Origin: Sphingomonas sp.
GTDB taxonomy: Bacteria; Pseudomonadota; Alphaproteobacteria; Sphingomonadales; Sphingomonadaceae
Direction of reading: 5' to 3'
DNA: 64,000 nucleotides
Assembly (NCBI RefSeq): GCF_019635455.1
Contig: NZ_JAHBZJ010000009.1
Coordinates: 98,349 to 162,348, forward strand
The notes beneath the pieces were generated by a model. The model was not told the DNA's origin. It did not search any database and was given only the letters and a program-made list of their open reading frames with translations. The translations under genes were made by a program, and so were the position numbers. The stretch's first letter is position 1. Every line of letters begins with the position of its first letter. Shown piece after piece: positions 1 through 10,786 of the stretch.

Positions 1-929
1 CTGTAGCCCAGCGGCAGCACGAAACTGGCGATGCGCGGCGGCACGCCAAACTTGTCCAGCGCCTCCAGCGTGCGCGGATAGGCGGCCTCTGACGAGGCGG
101 TGGAGAAGGCCAGCAACAGCGGATCGCGGATATAGCGGACCAGCAGGCGCGTGCGCTTGCCGACGATGAGGAAGCAGATCCCGATCAGCACGCACCACAG
201 CAGCAGCATGCCGAGATAGAAGCTGCCCATGAAATAGGCGAGGTTGCCGATGATCGTCGGTCCGCGCTCGGCCAGCGTGCCGGTCACCGCCGCGAATACC
301 GCAATCGGGGCGAACCGCATGACGTAGTTCGTCACCTGAAGCATCACATGGACCAGGGCATCGACCGCACGGATCAGCGGCGCGGCCTTTTCGCCGACGG
401 CGGTGATCGCCACGCCGATGAACAGCGAGAAGATGACGATCTGGAGGATCTCATTGTTCGCCATCGCCTCGATCCCGGAGGCGGGGAAGACGTGTGTGAA
501 GAAGTCCTTGAGGTTGAACGCCGCCTTTTCGACGCCGCTCGCGGTGTCGGCGGGGGGCAGGGGGAAGTCGAGCCCGACGCCCGGTTGCAGCAGATTGACA
601 AGGATCAGGCCGAGCGTCAGCGAGACGAGGCTGGCGCAGATGAACCAGCCGATCGCACGCGCGCCGACCCGCCCGAGCGCGGCGGTGTCGCCCATATGCG
701 CGATGCCGGCGACCAGCGTGGCAAAGACGAGCGGGGCGATGATCATCTTGATCAGTCGCAGGAAAATGGTGGTGACGATCGAGAAATAGCCGGCAAGCGT
801 CTTGAGCTGTTCCTCCGCGCCGGCCGAATCGCCGCCATAGGAACTGCGCACGCCGAAATGCAGCGCGAGGCCGAGAATCACGCCCGCCACGAGCGCGATC
901 AGGATGAAGGTCGTCAGTTTCTTGGCCAT
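1..929 (-). CDS. Dicarboxylate/amino acid:cation symporter (DAACS, GltP/DctA family), runs off the window start
   Basis: Reverse strand from ATG at 929 reads MAKKLTTFILIALVAGVILG...FLRLIKMIIAPLVFATLVAGIA...NNEILQIVIFSLFIG...LLAFSTASSEAAYP; the FSTASS motif and multiple TM helices fit the family. Missing from the ORF track because its stop lies outside the window. Confidence 0.92.
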   Translation of the reverse strand, partial: MAKKLTTFILIALVAGVILGLALHFGVRSSYGGDSAGAEEQLKTLAGYFSIVTTIFLRLIKMIIAPLVFATLVAGIAHMGDTAALGRVGARAIGWFICASLVSLTLGLILVNLLQPGVGLDFPLPPADTASGVEKAAFNLKDFFTHVFPASGIEAMANNEILQIVIFSLFIGVAITAVGEKAAPLIRAVDALVHVMLQVTNYVMRFAPIAVFAAVTGTLAERGPTIIGNLAYFMGSFYLGMLLLWCVLIGICFLIVGKRTRLLVRYIRDPLLLAFSTASSEAAYPRTLEALDKFGVPPRIASFVLPLGY

Positions 930-1000
930 TTCGCGCCCCCTTGTTGACGCCTAGACAGGGGATTGCGGCGCGCGGGTCAAGGGCCGTATCGTTCGCGGCC

Positions 1001-2245
1001 ATGCAGATCACCCGACGCGCCCTGTTCGCCGCGACCGCCGCGCTTCCCGTTTCCGCCGCGGTGCGCGCCGGCGAACCCGACCTGTCGGCGCTGCGGCCGA
1101 TCACCGGCGATGCGGTGCCGATCGGCAAGGGTGAGCGCGCTGCGCGGCTGACGCGGGCGCAGGCGCTGATGAAGGCGGCGGGGATCGGCGCGGTGCTGAT
1201 CGAGCCGGGCGCGAGCCTGGTTTATTTCACCGGGGTGCGCTGGTGGCGCAGCGAGCGGCTGACCGCCGCCGTCATCCCGGTCGAGGGCGAGCCGCTGATC
1301 GTGACGCCGTTTTTCGAGGAGCCGTCGGTGCGCGAATCGCTCGGCGTGCCGGCGACGGTGCGGGTGTGGCAGGAGCATGAAAGTCCGTTTGCGGTGATCG
1401 CGGGATGGCTGGGTGAGAAAAAGCTGCTCGGCCGCCCGATCGGGATCGAGGAAACCGCGCGGTTTTTTGCGGTCGACGGGCTGCGCGGGAGGTTGCCCGG
1501 GGCCAGGATCGTGTCGGCAAATCCGGTCGTGCGGGCGTGCCGGATGGTCAAGACGCCGGCCGAAATCGCGCTGATGCAAAGGGCTGCGGACGTGACGATG
1601 GCCGCCTATCGCTGGACCTGGCCCAGGATCGAGGCGGGGATGACGCCGCGCGACATTGGCGGCCTGATGAGCGCGGCGACCGCGAAGCTGGGCGCGGAGG
1701 TGGCGTTCAACCTGGTGTTGCTGGGCGAGGCATCGGCCTATCCCCACGGATCGGGCAAGCCGCAAAAGGTGGAGAAGGACGGCATCGTGCTGATGGACTG
1801 TGGCGCGGTCGTCCATGATTACGAAAGTGACATCAGCCGCACCTTCGTCCACGGCACGCCGAATGCCGAGCAGCGCAAGGTGTGGGATCAGGTGCGTGAG
1901 GGGCAGCAGCGCGCGTTCGCCGCGGCGAAGATCGGCGTGAGCGCGGGCAGCGTCGATGACGCGGTGCGCGGCTGGTACGCCTCGCTCGGCTACGGCCCGG
2001 ACTACAAGCTGCCGGGCCTGTCGCATCGCACCGGCCACGGCATCGGCATGGACGGACATGAGCCGGTCAATCTGGTGCGCGGCGAGGCGACCAAGCTTGC
2101 GCCCGGCATGTGCTTCTCCAACGAACCCGGCCTGTATCTGCCGGGCAAATTCGGCGTGCGGCTGGAGGATTGTTTCCAGATGACCGTCAGCGGGCCCAAA
2201 TGGTTCAGCGTGCCGCCGGTTTCGCTGGAGGAGCCGATCGGGTGA
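1001..2245 (+). CDS. Xaa-Pro peptidase family protein (M24B), probable Tat substrate
   Basis: N-terminal twin-arginine signal TRRALF...AVRA; pita-bread fold metal ligands in MDCG..DISRT, HRTGHGIGMDGHEP, SNEPG and GVRLED. Confidence 0.92.
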   Translation: MQITRRALFAATAALPVSAAVRAGEPDLSALRPITGDAVPIGKGERAARLTRAQALMKAAGIGAVLIEPGASLVYFTGVRWWRSERLTAAVIPVEGEPLIVTPFFEEPSVRESLGVPATVRVWQEHESPFAVIAGWLGEKKLLGRPIGIEETARFFAVDGLRGRLPGARIVSANPVVRACRMVKTPAEIALMQRAADVTMAAYRWTWPRIEAGMTPRDIGGLMSAATAKLGAEVAFNLVLLGEASAYPHGSGKPQKVEKDGIVLMDCGAVVHDYESDISRTFVHGTPNAEQRKVWDQVREGQQRAFAAAKIGVSAGSVDDAVRGWYASLGYGPDYKLPGLSHRTGHGIGMDGHEPVNLVRGEATKLAPGMCFSNEPGLYLPGKFGVRLEDCFQMTVSGPKWFSVPPVSLEEPIG

Positions 2246-2517
2246 CTTATGAGGAGCCCTATGAGTGTCTTCTATCTGATCTCGAAAGCCGAGGTCTGCT
2301 TGCCGTAGAAAGTCGCTTTGACGAGGGGAACTTTGGCAATTTCGGGATCACTTTCCGACGCAAGGGCTGGAAATACACCCTGATAAATGACCGCGGGCAA
2401 CTGGTTTGCGAGTCTAGGCGATGGCTTTGGCGGCGCACCCAGATTTGTGCAGATGATATCACTGCAGTATCGTGCGCCGAGCTGCGTAGAGCGCTAGACC
2501 GCGTCCAATCACCCTGA
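2242..2517 (+). CDS. Orphan 91-aa hypothetical protein with atypical, more AT-rich codon usage
   Basis: GTG at 2242 overlaps the peptidase stop (GTGA) and is preceded by GGAGGAG; reads MTYEEPYECLLSDLESRGLLAVESRFDEGNFGNFGITFRRKGWKYTLINDRGQ...; fills the gap up to alaS. Confidence 0.6.
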   Translation: MTYEEPYECLLSDLESRGLLAVESRFDEGNFGNFGITFRRKGWKYTLINDRGQLVCESRRWLWRRTQICADDITAVSCAELRRALDRVQSP

Positions 2518-2566
2518 TCGAACCGTTTCGCTTGAGCGAACCGCGCCGCGCCCCTAAGTCGCGGTC

Positions 2567-5224
2567 ATGACTTCGACCAACGATATCCGCCGCAGCTTCC
2601 TCGACTATTTCGAGGGCCAGGGCCATGCCCGCGTGCCGTCGGCGCCACTGGTGCCGCACAACGACCCGACGCTGATGTTCGTCAACGCCGGGATGGTGCC
2701 GTTCAAGAACGTGTTCACCGGCCTGGAAACGCGGCCATATACGACGGCGGCGAGCAGCCAGAAATGCGTGCGCGCGGGTGGCAAGCATAACGATCTGGAC
2801 AATGTCGGCTATACCGCGCGGCACCATACGTTCTTTGAAATGCTGGGGAATTTCAGCTTTGGCGACTATTTCAAGGAACAGGCGATCCATCATGCATGGA
2901 CGTTGCTGACCCGGGAATGGGGAATCCCGGCGGGCAAGCTGACCGCGACCGTCTATCACACCGACGATCAGGCGTTCGACCTGTGGAAGAAGATCGCGGG
3001 CCTGCCCGACGAGCGGATCATCCGCATCGCGACCAAGGATAATTTCTGGGCGATGGGGTCGGATGGGCCGTGCGGGCCGTGTTCGGAAATCTTCTATGAC
3101 CATGGCGACCACATCCGGGGCGGACCGCCGGGAAGCCCGGAAGAGGATGGCGACCGCTTCGTCGAGATCTGGAACCTCGTCTTCATGCAGTTCGTGCAGG
3201 AGGCGGACGAGATCGTCGGCGACCTGCCCAAGCCCAGCATCGACACCGGCATGGGGCTGGAGCGCGTCGCGGCGGTGTTGCAGGGCGTGCATGACAACTA
3301 CGATACCGACACGTTCAAGGCGCTGATCGCGGAGAGTGGCGCGCTGACCCACAGCGCGACGACCGGGGCGAATCAGGCAAGCCACCGCGTGATCGCCGAT
3401 CATCTGCGCTCGTCGGGATTCCTGGTCGCGGACGGCGTGCTTCCCGCCAATGAAGGGCGCGGCTATGTGCTGCGCCGGATCATGCGTCGCGCGATGCGCC
3501 ATGCGCACCTGCTGGGCGCGAAGGAGCCGTTGATGCACCGCATGGTGCCGGCGCTGGTGGCGGAGATGGGCGCGGCATATCCCGAACTGGTCCGCGCCCA
3601 GCCGCTGATCGAGGCGACGCTGTTCCAGGAGGAGACGCGGTTCCGCCAGACGCTGGCCAACGGGCTGAAGCTGCTGGACGAGGCGACGACGGGGATGGGC
3701 GAGGGGGACACGCTGCCCGGCGAGACCGCGTTCAAGCTCTATGACACCTATGGCTTTCCCTATGACCTGACCGAGGACGCGCTGCGCCCACAGGGAATGC
3801 AGGTCGATCGTGCCGGTTTCGACGCCGCGATGGCCCAGCAAAAGGCCGCCGCCCGCGCCGCGTGGAAGGGATCGGGCGCCAAGGCGAGTGATGACGTGTG
3901 GTTCGACATCGCCGAGGAATTGGGGAGCACCGAATTCACCGGCTACAGCTCGACCCAGGGCGAGGGGCAGGTGGTCGCACTGGTCAAGGACGGCGCCCGC
4001 GTCGATAAGGCGGTTGCCGGCGACGAGGTGACGATCCTGACCAATCAGACGCCCTTTTATGGCGAAAGCGGCGGCCAGACCGGCGATGCGGGGACGATCG
4101 GCAACGATCAGGTCGAAGCGATCGTCAGCGACACGTCGAAGCCGCTGGGGCGGCTGCATGCCCATCATGCGACGCTGGCCCGCGGAGAGATCGCGGTCGG
4201 CGATACGGTGAAGCTGACGGTGGATGCCGAGCGCCGCGACGCCATCCGCGCCAACCATTCGGCCACCCATTTGCTGCACGCGGCGCTGCGCAACCGGCTG
4301 GGCGACCATGTGACGCAGAAGGGCAGCCTGGTCGCGCCCGATCGGCTGCGGTTCGACTTTTCGCATCCCTCGGCGCTGACCGCCGAGGAGATCGCGACGA
4401 TCGAGGCGGACGTGAACGCGGAGATCCGTGCGAACGAGGCGGTATCGACGCGGCTAATGACCCCGGATGACGCGATCGCGGCGGGCGCGATGGCGTTGTT
4501 CGGCGAGAAATATGGGGACGAGGTTCGCGTCCTGTCGATGGGACGGCTGACCGACAGGCATTATTCGGTCGAACTGTGCGGTGGCACGCATGTCCGCGCG
4601 ACCGGCGACATCGCGGTGTTCAAGATCGTCAGCGAAAGCGCGGTGTCGAGCGGCGTGCGCCGGATCGAGGCGTTGACCGGTGAGGCGGCGCGGCTGTGGC
4701 TGGCCGATCGCGACGCGAGGCTGCGCGAGGCGGCGGCGGCGCTGAAGGCGGCGCCGGACGATGTGCCGGCGCGTGTCGCGTCGCTGATCGAGGAGCGGCG
4801 CAAGCTGGAAAAGGAACTGGCGGAGGCGAAGAAGGCGCTGGCGCTGGGCGGCGGCGGCTCGTCGGCGCCGGCCGGGCCGGAGCAGATCGGCGGGGTCAAT
4901 TTCGTCGGCCAGATTCTGGACGGGCTGGATCCCAAGGCGCTGCGCGGCGCGGTGGACGAGGCGAAAAGCCGGACCGGTTCAGCTGTGGTAGCTTTTGTCG
5001 CGGTAAATGAAGGGCGTGCAGCGATCGCGGTCGGCGTCACCGACGACCTGACCGGCGCCTGGAATGCCGTCGAACTGGTCAAGCGTGGCGTTGCCGCGCT
5101 GGGCGGGCAGGGCGGCGGCGGGCGACCGGACATGGCGCAGGGTGGCGGTCCGGAGGGCGGCAACGCCCAGGCCGCGATCGATGCCGTCAAGATGGCGCTG
5201 GCCGAGGAGAAAGAAGCTGCCTGA
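2567..5224 (+). CDS. alaS: Alanine--tRNA ligase
   Basis: [37 protein letters not shown], editing-domain HSATHLLH and ELCGGTH, C-terminal [12 protein letters not shown]; 885 aa. Confidence 0.99.
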   Translation: MTSTNDIRRSFLDYFEGQGHARVPSAPLVPHNDPTLMFVNAGMVPFKNVFTGLETRPYTTAASSQKCVRAGGKHNDLDNVGYTARHHTFFEMLGNFSFGDYFKEQAIHHAWTLLTREWGIPAGKLTATVYHTDDQAFDLWKKIAGLPDERIIRIATKDNFWAMGSDGPCGPCSEIFYDHGDHIRGGPPGSPEEDGDRFVEIWNLVFMQFVQEADEIVGDLPKPSIDTGMGLERVAAVLQGVHDNYDTDTFKALIAESGALTHSATTGANQASHRVIADHLRSSGFLVADGVLPANEGRGYVLRRIMRRAMRHAHLLGAKEPLMHRMVPALVAEMGAAYPELVRAQPLIEATLFQEETRFRQTLANGLKLLDEATTGMGEGDTLPGETAFKLYDTYGFPYDLTEDALRPQGMQVDRAGFDAAMAQQKAAARAAWKGSGAKASDDVWFDIAEELGSTEFTGYSSTQGEGQVVALVKDGARVDKAVAGDEVTILTNQTPFYGESGGQTGDAGTIGNDQVEAIVSDTSKPLGRLHAHHATLARGEIAVGDTVKLTVDAERRDAIRANHSATHLLHAALRNRLGDHVTQKGSLVAPDRLRFDFSHPSALTAEEIATIEADVNAEIRANEAVSTRLMTPDDAIAAGAMALFGEKYGDEVRVLSMGRLTDRHYSVELCGGTHVRATGDIAVFKIVSESAVSSGVRRIEALTGEAARLWLADRDARLREAAAALKAAPDDVPARVASLIEERRKLEKELAEAKKALALGGGGSSAPAGPEQIGGVNFVGQILDGLDPKALRGAVDEAKSRTGSAVVAFVAVNEGRAAIAVGVTDDLTGAWNAVELVKRGVAALGGQGGGGRPDMAQGGGPEGGNAQAAIDAVKMALAEEKEAA

Positions 5225-5228
5225 TCCC

Positions 5229-5594
5229 ATGTTTCCCGATCGCACCCTGATCGTCGCCGCGGCCGCCGCAACGTTGATCATATCCCCGGTCGCGGGCGCC
5301 GCGCAGGCGAAGCTGCCCCCCTATCCCGAGGCGCTGCGCTGCGCCGCGCTGACCCATGCCGCGTTGCAGATCGGCAAGGGAACGAAGGAAGAGGGCGTGT
5401 TGTTCGACCATGTCATCTTCTGGAGCATGGCGAGCGCGGATGCCGGCCGCGCGGCGGGCAAGAAGGCCAAGGAAGTCGATGCCGAGGTGGAAGGCGCATC
5501 CGCCGCGATCCAGCCGAAGTTGCGCGCGCAGGATGGCGCGACGGTGGCGGATCTGGCCGGCTGTGTCGCGCGGGTTCCTCCGCTCGATAAATAA
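5229..5594 (+). CDS. Secreted hypothetical protein (121 aa, two Cys)
   Basis: ATG 4 nt after the alaS stop; signal peptide MFPDRTLIVAAAAATLIISPVAGAAQA; Cys near each end of the mature chain (LRCAAL, AGCVAR). Confidence 0.75.
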   Translation: MFPDRTLIVAAAAATLIISPVAGAAQAKLPPYPEALRCAALTHAALQIGKGTKEEGVLFDHVIFWSMASADAGRAAGKKAKEVDAEVEGASAAIQPKLRAQDGATVADLAGCVARVPPLDK

Positions 5595-5611
5595 TCATCC
5601 AACGGGAGTTC

Positions 5612-7420
5612 ATGTTGCGCCGCCGATCCTTTCTCGCCTCGACGGCTGCGGCGACCTTCGCCGTCGCTACCCCCCGTATCGCCGCCGCGCAGGGCGCGAA
5701 TGACGCCAGATTGCGCGCGCTGCTCGACCAGCTGTTCAACGCGCGGCTGGCGGACAGTCCGGAGGGTGCGACGTCGCTGGGGCTCGACACGGGGAAGCTC
5801 GCGCCGCTCAAGTCGAAGCTGTCGGGCCGATCGGCGGCCGATCGCGCGCGCGATCTGGCGCGGGCGAGACGCGAACTGGCCGCCGTCCGCGCCTTCGATC
5901 CCGCCACACTGGGCGAGGACGCGAAGATCGACCAGGAGGTCGTCGCCTATCAGCTCGAACGCAGCGTGTCGGGGAGCGAGCGGTTCCGCTACGGATCGAG
6001 CGGCGGGCGATATGCGCCCTATCGGTTGAGCCAGCTGACCGGCGCGTATCAGGACGTTCCGGATTTTCTCGACAGCCAGCACCGGGTGAAGACGGCGGCG
6101 GACGCGGACGCGTATCTGGCGCGGCTGGAGGCGTTTGCGCTCGTGCTGGATCAGGATACGGCCGGCCAGCGGGCAGACGCCGCGAAGGGCGTGTTCGCGC
6201 CCGACTATATCCTCGACACCACGCTCAAACAGTTTGCGGCGTTGCGCGACAAGGCGGCGGACCAAACCGGGATGGTGACCGGTTTTGCCGGGAAGCTGTC
6301 CGATGCGGGCCTGCCCGCCGAGCGAGCGACCGATGCGGCGAAGATCGTCGAGGGCAAGGTGTTTCCGGCGCTCGATCGCCAGCGGGCGCTGATCCGCGAC
6401 TTGCGCGCCAGGGCGACGCATGAGGCGGGCGTGTGGCGCCTGCCCGATGGCGAGGCCTATTACGCCGCCGCCGCCGAGGCCGCGACCACGACGAAGCTGA
6501 GCGGGGACGAGATTCACCGCATCGGCCTCGATCAGGTCGCGCAGATCAGTGCGCGGATCGACGCGATCCTGAAGGCGCAGGGCATGGGGGACGGCACGGT
6601 CGGCGCGCGGCTGGTCGCGCTGAACGAGCGGCCCGACCAGCTTTACCCGAACACCGATGCGGGGCGCGAGGCGCTGCTCGCCCAGCTCAATGCGCAGATT
6701 CGCGCGATGGAAAAGCGGTTGCCCGAACAGTTCGCGACGCTGCCCCAGGCTCCGGTCGAGGTGCGCCGGGTGCCGCCCGCGATCCAGGCCGGCGCGCCCG
6801 GGGGCTATTACCAGGCGGCGAGCCTGGATGGATCGCGGCCGGGCATCTATTACATCAACCTGCGCGACACGTTCGACCGCCCCAAATTCGGGCTGGCGAC
6901 GCTGACCCATCACGAGGCGGTGCCGGGCCACCATCTTCAGGTGATGCTCGCGCTGGAGTCGAAGGATATCCCGCTGATCCGCCGTCGCGGCGGGTTCAGC
7001 GGCTATAGCGAGGGCTGGGCGCTCTACACCGAGCAACTGGCCGACGAGATGGGCATGTTCGACGGCGACCCGCTGGGGCAGGTCGGCTATCTCCAGTCGC
7101 TGCTGTTCCGCGCGACGCGTCTGGTGGTCGATAGCGGCATGCACGCCAAGCGATGGAGCCGCGAAAAGGCGACCGATTATTTCATCGCCACCACCGGCAT
7201 CGCGCGCGGGCGCAGCCAGGGCGAGATCGATCGCTACACGGTCTGGCCGGGCCAGGCATGCAGCTACAAGATCGGCCATACCGTGTGGGTGCAGCTGCGC
7301 GACGAGGCGAAGGCAAAGGCCGGCGCGCAATGGGATCCGCGCCAGTTCCACGAGGTATTGCGCAAGGGGGCGATGCCCCTCGACGTGCTGAAACGGGTGG
7401 TGCGCGCGCGGATGGCGTGA
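5612..7420 (+). CDS. DUF885 family protein (putative metallopeptidase), Tat signal
   Basis: MLRRRSFLAS Tat signal; THHEAVPGHHLQ, YSEGWALYTE, RATRLVVDSGMH, EIDRY..WPGQACSYKIG. Confidence 0.9.
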   Translation: MLRRRSFLASTAAATFAVATPRIAAAQGANDARLRALLDQLFNARLADSPEGATSLGLDTGKLAPLKSKLSGRSAADRARDLARARRELAAVRAFDPATLGEDAKIDQEVVAYQLERSVSGSERFRYGSSGGRYAPYRLSQLTGAYQDVPDFLDSQHRVKTAADADAYLARLEAFALVLDQDTAGQRADAAKGVFAPDYILDTTLKQFAALRDKAADQTGMVTGFAGKLSDAGLPAERATDAAKIVEGKVFPALDRQRALIRDLRARATHEAGVWRLPDGEAYYAAAAEAATTTKLSGDEIHRIGLDQVAQISARIDAILKAQGMGDGTVGARLVALNERPDQLYPNTDAGREALLAQLNAQIRAMEKRLPEQFATLPQAPVEVRRVPPAIQAGAPGGYYQAASLDGSRPGIYYINLRDTFDRPKFGLATLTHHEAVPGHHLQVMLALESKDIPLIRRRGGFSGYSEGWALYTEQLADEMGMFDGDPLGQVGYLQSLLFRATRLVVDSGMHAKRWSREKATDYFIATTGIARGRSQGEIDRYTVWPGQACSYKIGHTVWVQLRDEAKAKAGAQWDPRQFHEVLRKGAMPLDVLKRVVRARMA

Positions 7421-7424
7421 GCCG

Positions 7425-9194
7425 TCAGCCCTTCGCCTCCTGCTTGACGCGGCGCAGGCGCGGTTCGCGTTCCAGCCCGGCGGCGTCCTTGATCGTCTTG
7501 CGCATCTCGTCCCGCTTTTCGTGGATCGACGCGATCACCGGGCCGACCGCGACGCCGAGATCGACCAGCGCCGCCTCTGACAGCTGGAGCGAGCTTTCGA
7601 GCGTTTCCGGCACCGCGTCGGTCGCGCCGGCCTTGTAGAGTTCGGCGGCGTGCGCCGCGTCGCGGGCGCGGGCGATGATCGGGATGCCGGGAACCCAGCT
7701 GCGAACCCGTCGCGTGAGCCGCACGGTGAGCACCGGATCGTCCATGGTGAGGATCAGCGCGCGGGCATGGCCAAGGTTCAGCCGGTCGACCAGTTCGCTG
7801 CGCGAGACGTCGCCGAACATCACCGAATAGCCCTCCCGCCGGGCGGCGGCCACGCCGTCGATATCGGCATCGATCGCGACATAGGGCTGGCGATGCGCCT
7901 TCAGCATGTCGGCGACGGTGCGTCCGACGCGTCCGAACCCGATGATGACGGTGCCACCAGTCGCGACGTCCTGTGGCTCGGCGAGCGCGGCGTCGCGATC
8001 CTCGATCTTGCGCGCGGCGAAGCGGCCGGCCTTTGCCAGGAGCGGCGTGACGGTGAGGCCGATCGCGGTCACGGTGGTCCAGAATGCCGCGGTGGAGGGC
8101 AGGATCAGCCCGGCGGCGGCGGCGACGCCCAGCACGATCAGCGTTGTTTCCGATGGGCTGGCCATCAACAGGCCGGTTTCCGCCGCCGTCCCCCGCCGTG
8201 CGCCGGAGAGGGTGAGCAGCAGCATCGTCACCGCGACCTTGATTCCCATCACGCCGACGATCGCGGCGAGCAGCAATTCCCAGTCCTGCGCGATCATGCG
8301 CAGATCCAGCCGCATGCCGACGGTGATCAGGAACACCCCGAGCGCTAGGCCCTTGAAGGGCGCGGTGATCACCTCGACCTCGCTGTGATATTCGGTTTCG
8401 GCGATGAGCAGCCCGGCCAGCAGCGCGCCGACGATGGGGGAAAGGCCGACCACGGTCGTCGCCATGCTGGCGATGATGACGACCAGCAGGCTGGCGGCGA
8501 GGAACAGTTCGGGCGATTTGGTTCGCGCCGCCTGGGCGAACAGGCGCGGCAGGACGAAGCGGCCGCCGACGAACAGCACCGCAATGACGATCGCGCCGCG
8601 GCCCAGCACGGCGATCAGTTCGGACCAGCCGGCATCGGCCGAAGCAGGGGCGAGCGCGCCGAGCAGGAAGATGATCGGGACGAGCGCCAGATCCTCGAAC
8701 AACAGCATCGCAAAGGCGGAGCGGCCCACCGCGCTGGTGGTGCCGGCGATCGGCAGGACCAGCGCGGTGGAGGAGAGCGCGAGTGCGAGCCCCATGCCCA
8801 GCGCGCCGCCCCACCCCTGGCCCAGCGCATAAAGCGCGACGGCGATCAACAGGCCGGCACCCAGCAATTCGGCCGCGCCCACTCCGAATACCAGCCGGCG
8901 CATCGCCCATAACCGCCTGAACGACAGTTCGAGACCGATCGAGAACAGCAGCAGGACGATACCGAATTCGGCGAACGGCTCGATCGCATGGGAATCGGTG
9001 ATCGTGACGTAATAGAGCCACGGCACCTGCGCCACGAGCGCCCCAAGCCCCGTCGGGCCGACCAATGCGCCGACCAGGACGAAGCCGATCACCGGGCTGA
9101 TCCGGAACCGGGCAAAGGCCGGGATCACCAGCCCCGCGGCGCCCAGCACGACGAGTGTGTCACTGAAGGTGTGGTTTGTCAGGTCGAGTGCCAT
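7425..9194 (-). CDS. CPA2 family cation:proton antiporter (KefB/KefC-like) with C-terminal TrkA-N domain
   Basis: AEFGIVLLLFSIGLELS, LALSSTA, LLFEDLA, LGVFLITVGM; TrkA-N motif IIGFGRVG and AVPETLESSLQL. The start is probably the ATG at 9194 rather than 9230. Confidence 0.92.
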   Translation of the reverse strand: MALDLTNHTFSDTLVVLGAAGLVIPAFARFRISPVIGFVLVGALVGPTGLGALVAQVPWLYYVTITDSHAIEPFAEFGIVLLLFSIGLELSFRRLWAMRRLVFGVGAAELLGAGLLIAVALYALGQGWGGALGMGLALALSSTALVLPIAGTTSAVGRSAFAMLLFEDLALVPIIFLLGALAPASADAGWSELIAVLGRGAIVIAVLFVGGRFVLPRLFAQAARTKSPELFLAASLLVVIIASMATTVVGLSPIVGALLAGLLIAETEYHSEVEVITAPFKGLALGVFLITVGMRLDLRMIAQDWELLLAAIVGVMGIKVAVTMLLLTLSGARRGTAAETGLLMASPSETTLIVLGVAAAAGLILPSTAAFWTTVTAIGLTVTPLLAKAGRFAARKIEDRDAALAEPQDVATGGTVIIGFGRVGRTVADMLKAHRQPYVAIDADIDGVAAARREGYSVMFGDVSRSELVDRLNLGHARALILTMDDPVLTVRLTRRVRSWVPGIPIIARARDAAHAAELYKAGATDAVPETLESSLQLSEAALVDLGVAVGPVIASIHEKRDEMRKTIKDAAGLEREPRLRRVKQEAKG

Positions 9195-9371
9195 GACGCA
9201 CCTGTAACGGGCGCGATCGGCGTTTGTCATCGGAGAACGCCGGTTCGCATGCAGATTTACGTGTCGGGCAACGCGGTCGCGATGAGGCCGGTGCCGAGGG
9301 GGCGCGGTCAGGAGCGGCGCGGGATCGCGGATATCTTTGCCCAGGCGCGATTACGGCATGGGCCTGAAACG

Positions 9372-9401
9372 AAAAAAGCCGCGACATCGGCCGCGGCTTT
9401 T
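9372..9401 (-). terminator. Intrinsic terminator downstream of icd
   Basis: Hairpin AAAAGCCGCG-acatcggc-CGCGGCTTTT, followed by a T6 run on the minus strand. Confidence 0.7.
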
Positions 9402-9425
9402 CCCGTCTCTATCGGTGAGCGGCGC

Positions 9426-10649
9426 TTACTGCCACTTCCCCATTTCGGTTTCGAGATTCTGGCGGATCGCCTCGAAAAACTGCTCGGTGGTCATCCAGGG
9501 CTGGTCGGGACCGATCAGCAGCGCCAGATCCTTGGTCATCTTGCCGCTCTCAACGGTCGCGATGCACACTTTTTCCAGCGTTTCGGCGAAGCGGACGACA
9601 TCGGGCGTGTCGTCGAACTTGCCCCGGAACTTGAGGCCGCCGGTCCAGGCGAAGATCGATGCGATCGGGTTGGTCGAGGTCGCCTTGCCCTGCTGGTGCT
9701 GGCGATAGTGGCGGGTGACCGTGCCGTGCGCCGCCTCTGCCTCGACGGTTTTCCCGTCGGGCGACATCAGCACCGAAGTCATAAGGCCGAGCGAACCAAA
9801 GCCCTGTGCGACCTGATCCGACTGGACGTCGCCGTCATAATTCTTGCACGCCCACACGAACTCGCCGCTCCACTTGAGAGCGCTGGCGACCATGTCGTCG
9901 ATCAGGCGATGTTCGTAGACGATACCGGCATCCTTGAACTTCGCGGCATAGCCTTCACTGTCGAACACCTCCTGGAACAGATCCTTGAACCGGCCGTCAT
10001 AGGCCTTGAGGATGGTGTTCTTGGTCGACAGATAGACCGGCCATTTGAGGTTGAGGCCGTAGTTGAACGAGGCGCGGGCGAAATCGCGGATCGACTCGTC
10101 GAGATTGTACATCGCCATCGCGACGCCGCCGCCCGGGAAGTTGAACACCTCGCGATCGATCTTCTCGCCATTGTCGCCTTCCCAGACCAGGCGCAGCTTG
10201 CCCGGACCCGGAACGCGGAAATCGGTGGCGCGATACTGGTCGCCGAACGCGTGGCGGCCGACGACGATCGGCTTCGTCCAGCCGGGGATCAGGCGCGGCA
10301 CGTTGGAGATGACGATCGGTTCGCGGAACACGACGCCGCCCAGGATGTTGCGGATCGTGCCGTTGGGCGACTTCCACATTTCCTTGAGGTTGAATTCCTC
10401 GACCCGCGCCTCGTCCGGGGTGATCGTCGCGCACTTCACGCCGACGCCATATTCGCGGATCGCATTGGCGGAATCGATCGTGATCTGGTCGTTGGTCTCG
10501 TCACGCTTTTCGACGCCGAGGTCGTAATATTTGAGGTCGATGTCGAGATAGGGGAGGATCAGGCGCTCGCGGATCCATTCCCAGATGATCCGCGTCATTT
10601 CGTCGCCATCGATTTCGACGACGGGGTTCTTCACCTTGATCTTCGCCAT
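9426..10649 (-). CDS. icd: NADP-dependent isocitrate dehydrogenase (eukaryote-like homodimeric type)
   Basis: [65 protein letters not shown]. Confidence 0.98.
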   Translation of the reverse strand: MAKIKVKNPVVEIDGDEMTRIIWEWIRERLILPYLDIDLKYYDLGVEKRDETNDQITIDSANAIREYGVGVKCATITPDEARVEEFNLKEMWKSPNGTIRNILGGVVFREPIVISNVPRLIPGWTKPIVVGRHAFGDQYRATDFRVPGPGKLRLVWEGDNGEKIDREVFNFPGGGVAMAMYNLDESIRDFARASFNYGLNLKWPVYLSTKNTILKAYDGRFKDLFQEVFDSEGYAAKFKDAGIVYEHRLIDDMVASALKWSGEFVWACKNYDGDVQSDQVAQGFGSLGLMTSVLMSPDGKTVEAEAAHGTVTRHYRQHQQGKATSTNPIASIFAWTGGLKFRGKFDDTPDVVRFAETLEKVCIATVESGKMTKDLALLIGPDQPWMTTEQFFEAIRQNLETEMGKWQ

Positions 10650-10786
10650 GCTTCGCTTTCCTGTCTGAAGGGAGGATTTGGCGCAGCGTCTAGGAGGAAG
10701 CCGGGCGCCGATCAAGGTGCGCGGACCCGCGCAGGCCGGCGCCATCGCGTGTTGTGTCATGCGGAGCGCACAGCTAGACCGCACCC

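Noticed and set aside
2261-2308. Alternative 15-codon ORF with a perfect SD inside the orphan gene
   Set aside because: Too short to support, and the 91-aa coupled frame explains the region better.
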